From Thermodesulfobacteriota bacterium (GTDB lineage Bacteria > Desulfobacterota_D > UBA1144 > Nemesobacterales > UBA2774), in NCBI GenBank assembly GCA_965223335.1, contig OZ244991.1:640001-704000 (forward strand): DNA of 64,000 nucleotides. Reading direction: 5' to 3'. The notes under the pieces were generated by a model. That model was given only the letters and a program-made list of their open reading frames with translations. It had not been told where the DNA came from and searched no databases. A program made the position numbers and the translations under genes. Shown one piece after another: positions 62,202 to 64,000 of the stretch (positions within the stretch are counted from its first letter, which is position 1; each line of letters opens with the position of its first letter).

Positions 62202-62822
62202 CTAGTTAAACACTAAGTATTTATAACCAAAAAAGTCCCACACCACCATCACGACCAGCGATACCAGAGACCCTATATTTGCCCAAACTATATCCGACAA
62301 TCCCCACATGGGCTCGATCATATTTACCACATAGGTGGCCGTGGCAACCTTAATCGCCAAACCCACCCCGGCAACCATCAGAAATTTTGCAAACTCCTTG
62401 TGGATATCCTTTCGCCCCCTGCTATCAAAGGTCCAGAACTTGTTCCACAGGTAACTGTTTGTAACCGCAACTAAAAACGCCAGTGCGATAAACACCGAAT
62501 ACATATAGCCCTTTGTTGCCCCGGTTATGAGAATCAGGAGATTAAGCACCCCGAAGTCAATTGCAGTGTTGGATACCCCGATCGGTATAAACTTGCCAAA
62601 CTGAAAGAGTGCCGGATACCTGACACCGAGATGCGAAGCCACATAGACCCAAATGAGAATTAAGACCGGGACTGCGATTAATAAGGCAAAAAGAAGCCAG
62701 AGCGAGCGTCCCGCCTCTACGAGTAGCGGCAGATCGGGACCGATCGTCTTTAGTACCGCGTAGAGAAAGAGCCCCACGATAAGACCAAGGATTATTGATG
62801 CCAACAGATCTGATTTTTTCAT
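62202..62822 (-). CDS. GtrA-like flippase with N-terminal TM extension
   Basis: GKFIPIGVSNTAIDFG, NSYLWNKFWTF and FFGYKYLVF motifs. Confidence 0.85.
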   Translation of the reverse strand: MKKSDLLASIILGLIVGLFLYAVLKTIGPDLPLLVEAGRSLWLLFALLIAVPVLILIWVYVASHLGVRYPALFQFGKFIPIGVSNTAIDFGVLNLLILITGATKGYMYSVFIALAFLVAVTNSYLWNKFWTFDSRGRKDIHKEFAKFLMVAGVGLAIKVATATYVVNMIEPMWGLSDIVWANIGSLVSLVVMVVWDFFGYKYLVFN

Positions 62823-62860
62823 ATTGATGGATCGCCAGAAGCAATATGAACGATTTTAGA

Positions 62861-64000
62861 TTATCGCCAGCTATCTAACCACATGTAATTATCGATTGCC
62901 TGAATGGGAATATGCAATGCGGCAGTGATCGGATAGAAGTACGCATAGGTACCGATAGCCAGCAGCACATATAAAATCACCAATGGCTTACCAAATTTAT
63001 ACCTCTGCCAAAGCTCGTTTAAAAAATAGGCCGCAATTATCAGTATAAAGCCCAATGAGGGCAAGAAGTGATAAAGAAACGTTACCTTCCTTGGCGAAAA
63101 CGCCCACGGCAACCAGTATGCAAATACGCTTACGACTGCAAACCCCAAAGCCACTGTTTCTTTCCTCACAGTCTGCACCACTCCAATCAATAAAAACACA
63201 CAGCCGCTCCACCATATAAACGGGTTGCCAATCCCATAGATATGGGCGTATTTGTTCTGGAAATCCCCCACATACATATAGACCGTCTTTAGCAGTAGAG
63301 GCCATTTCCACCACGCGGATTGATAGGGATGGTCTTCTGTGACCCCCTTATGAAACTGGTACATGTTGTTTTGGAGCTCGAAAAAATCCCCAATCGAGTT
63401 GCCGTGCCAGAAAAACGGTATGTAAGTAACCATATATACAACGAGCGGTATAACCGCAAATGCAACTATCATCCGAGGCGCTATCTTTAAGAGTGCTCCT
63501 ACAAATGGGGTGCCATTACTCTTGTCAGAATAAAATTCATAGTAGTAGATAAGACAAAACGCCACAAACCCCAGATACTCCGTTACGTACACCCCGCTCC
63601 ATTTTATGGACATCGCAGCCCCGCAGCATAGACCCGTCAATCCCAAAAACAGGTTCCTTCTAGTCCGAGCGTACTTAACCAGGAAGAGCGATGCCAGCAG
63701 TATGAAGTTGAGCATGAATATATCGATCATCGTGATCCTGCTCAGCACAAAAATAAAGTTCTCAAATGTGTAGAGAATGGCAGCCAAAAGCCCCACACCC
63801 CTGCTGTTGAATAGATTTTTCCCAAGCAGAAATATAAAAAGCGTGCCCAGCCCCCCGAATATGGCCTGAAAAAACCTCCAGCCGAATGTGTTGTCGCCGA
63901 ACAGCATTATCCCAAGAGCACTTAACTCCTTACCCAGCGGGGGGTGAGTCCACTCATAGGCAAAACCCTCGGGGGCCTTGTGCGAGCTCTCCCACCCGGC
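62861..64000 (-). CDS. PMT/GT39-like protein O-mannosyltransferase (5' end outside the window)
   Basis: The frame is open to the window edge (AGWESSHKAPEGFAYEWTHPPLGKEL...); HPPLGK, FGWR, KWSG, HPYQSAWWKWP, GNP and FLYHFLP motifs. Confidence 0.88.
   Translation of the reverse strand, partial: AGWESSHKAPEGFAYEWTHPPLGKELSALGIMLFGDNTFGWRFFQAIFGGLGTLFIFLLGKNLFNSRGVGLLAAILYTFENFIFVLSRITMIDIFMLNFILLASLFLVKYARTRRNLFLGLTGLCCGAAMSIKWSGVYVTEYLGFVAFCLIYYYEFYSDKSNGTPFVGALLKIAPRMIVAFAVIPLVVYMVTYIPFFWHGNSIGDFFELQNNMYQFHKGVTEDHPYQSAWWKWPLLLKTVYMYVGDFQNKYAHIYGIGNPFIWWSGCVFLLIGVVQTVRKETVALGFAVVSVFAYWLPWAFSPRKVTFLYHFLPSLGFILIIAAYFLNELWQRYKFGKPLVILYVLLAIGTYAYFYPITAALHIPIQAIDNYMWLDSWR

Overview
Dense, mostly housekeeping bacterial chromosome segment. 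The xerC-hslVU-argBDF order, a REC-like/J-domain/TPR protein and sigma-54 promoters suggest a diderm of the Desulfobacterota/'Deltaproteobacteria' neighbourhood, possibly Ca. Dadabacteria (inference only). Core genes: coaD (partial), rsmD, fmt, trpFB and trpA, xerC, hslVU, argBDF, rimO, ppiD-like, smc, secA, folK, folD, thiD, tRNA(CAU), rnhA, rnpB, tyrS, gltBD and nadE. Accessory genes: cofD-cofG-cofH (F420/F0), a Cld/ChdC-family heme protein, two SGNH proteins plus a GT4, and an 11-LysM NlpC/P60 peptidase. No mobile elements, prophage or CRISPR were seen. Most interesting: (1) a right-end locus coupling a GT2 + GtrA lipid-sugar supply and four GT-C enzymes (PMT-like, PIG-V-like and two paralogous unknowns) to a myxosortase-like CPBP protease, a candidate protein-sorting/glycosylation system; (2) a ~50-aa SecA insertion resembling the Thermotogales/Aquificales one; (3) a GspC-HR/PilP-like domain fused to a lytic transglycosylase; (4) a sigma-54 promoter, palindrome and short ORF inside the trpB-trpA gap; (5) a divergent ClpX paralog coupled to rimO. 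Family assignments come from motif recognition; no database searches were run.
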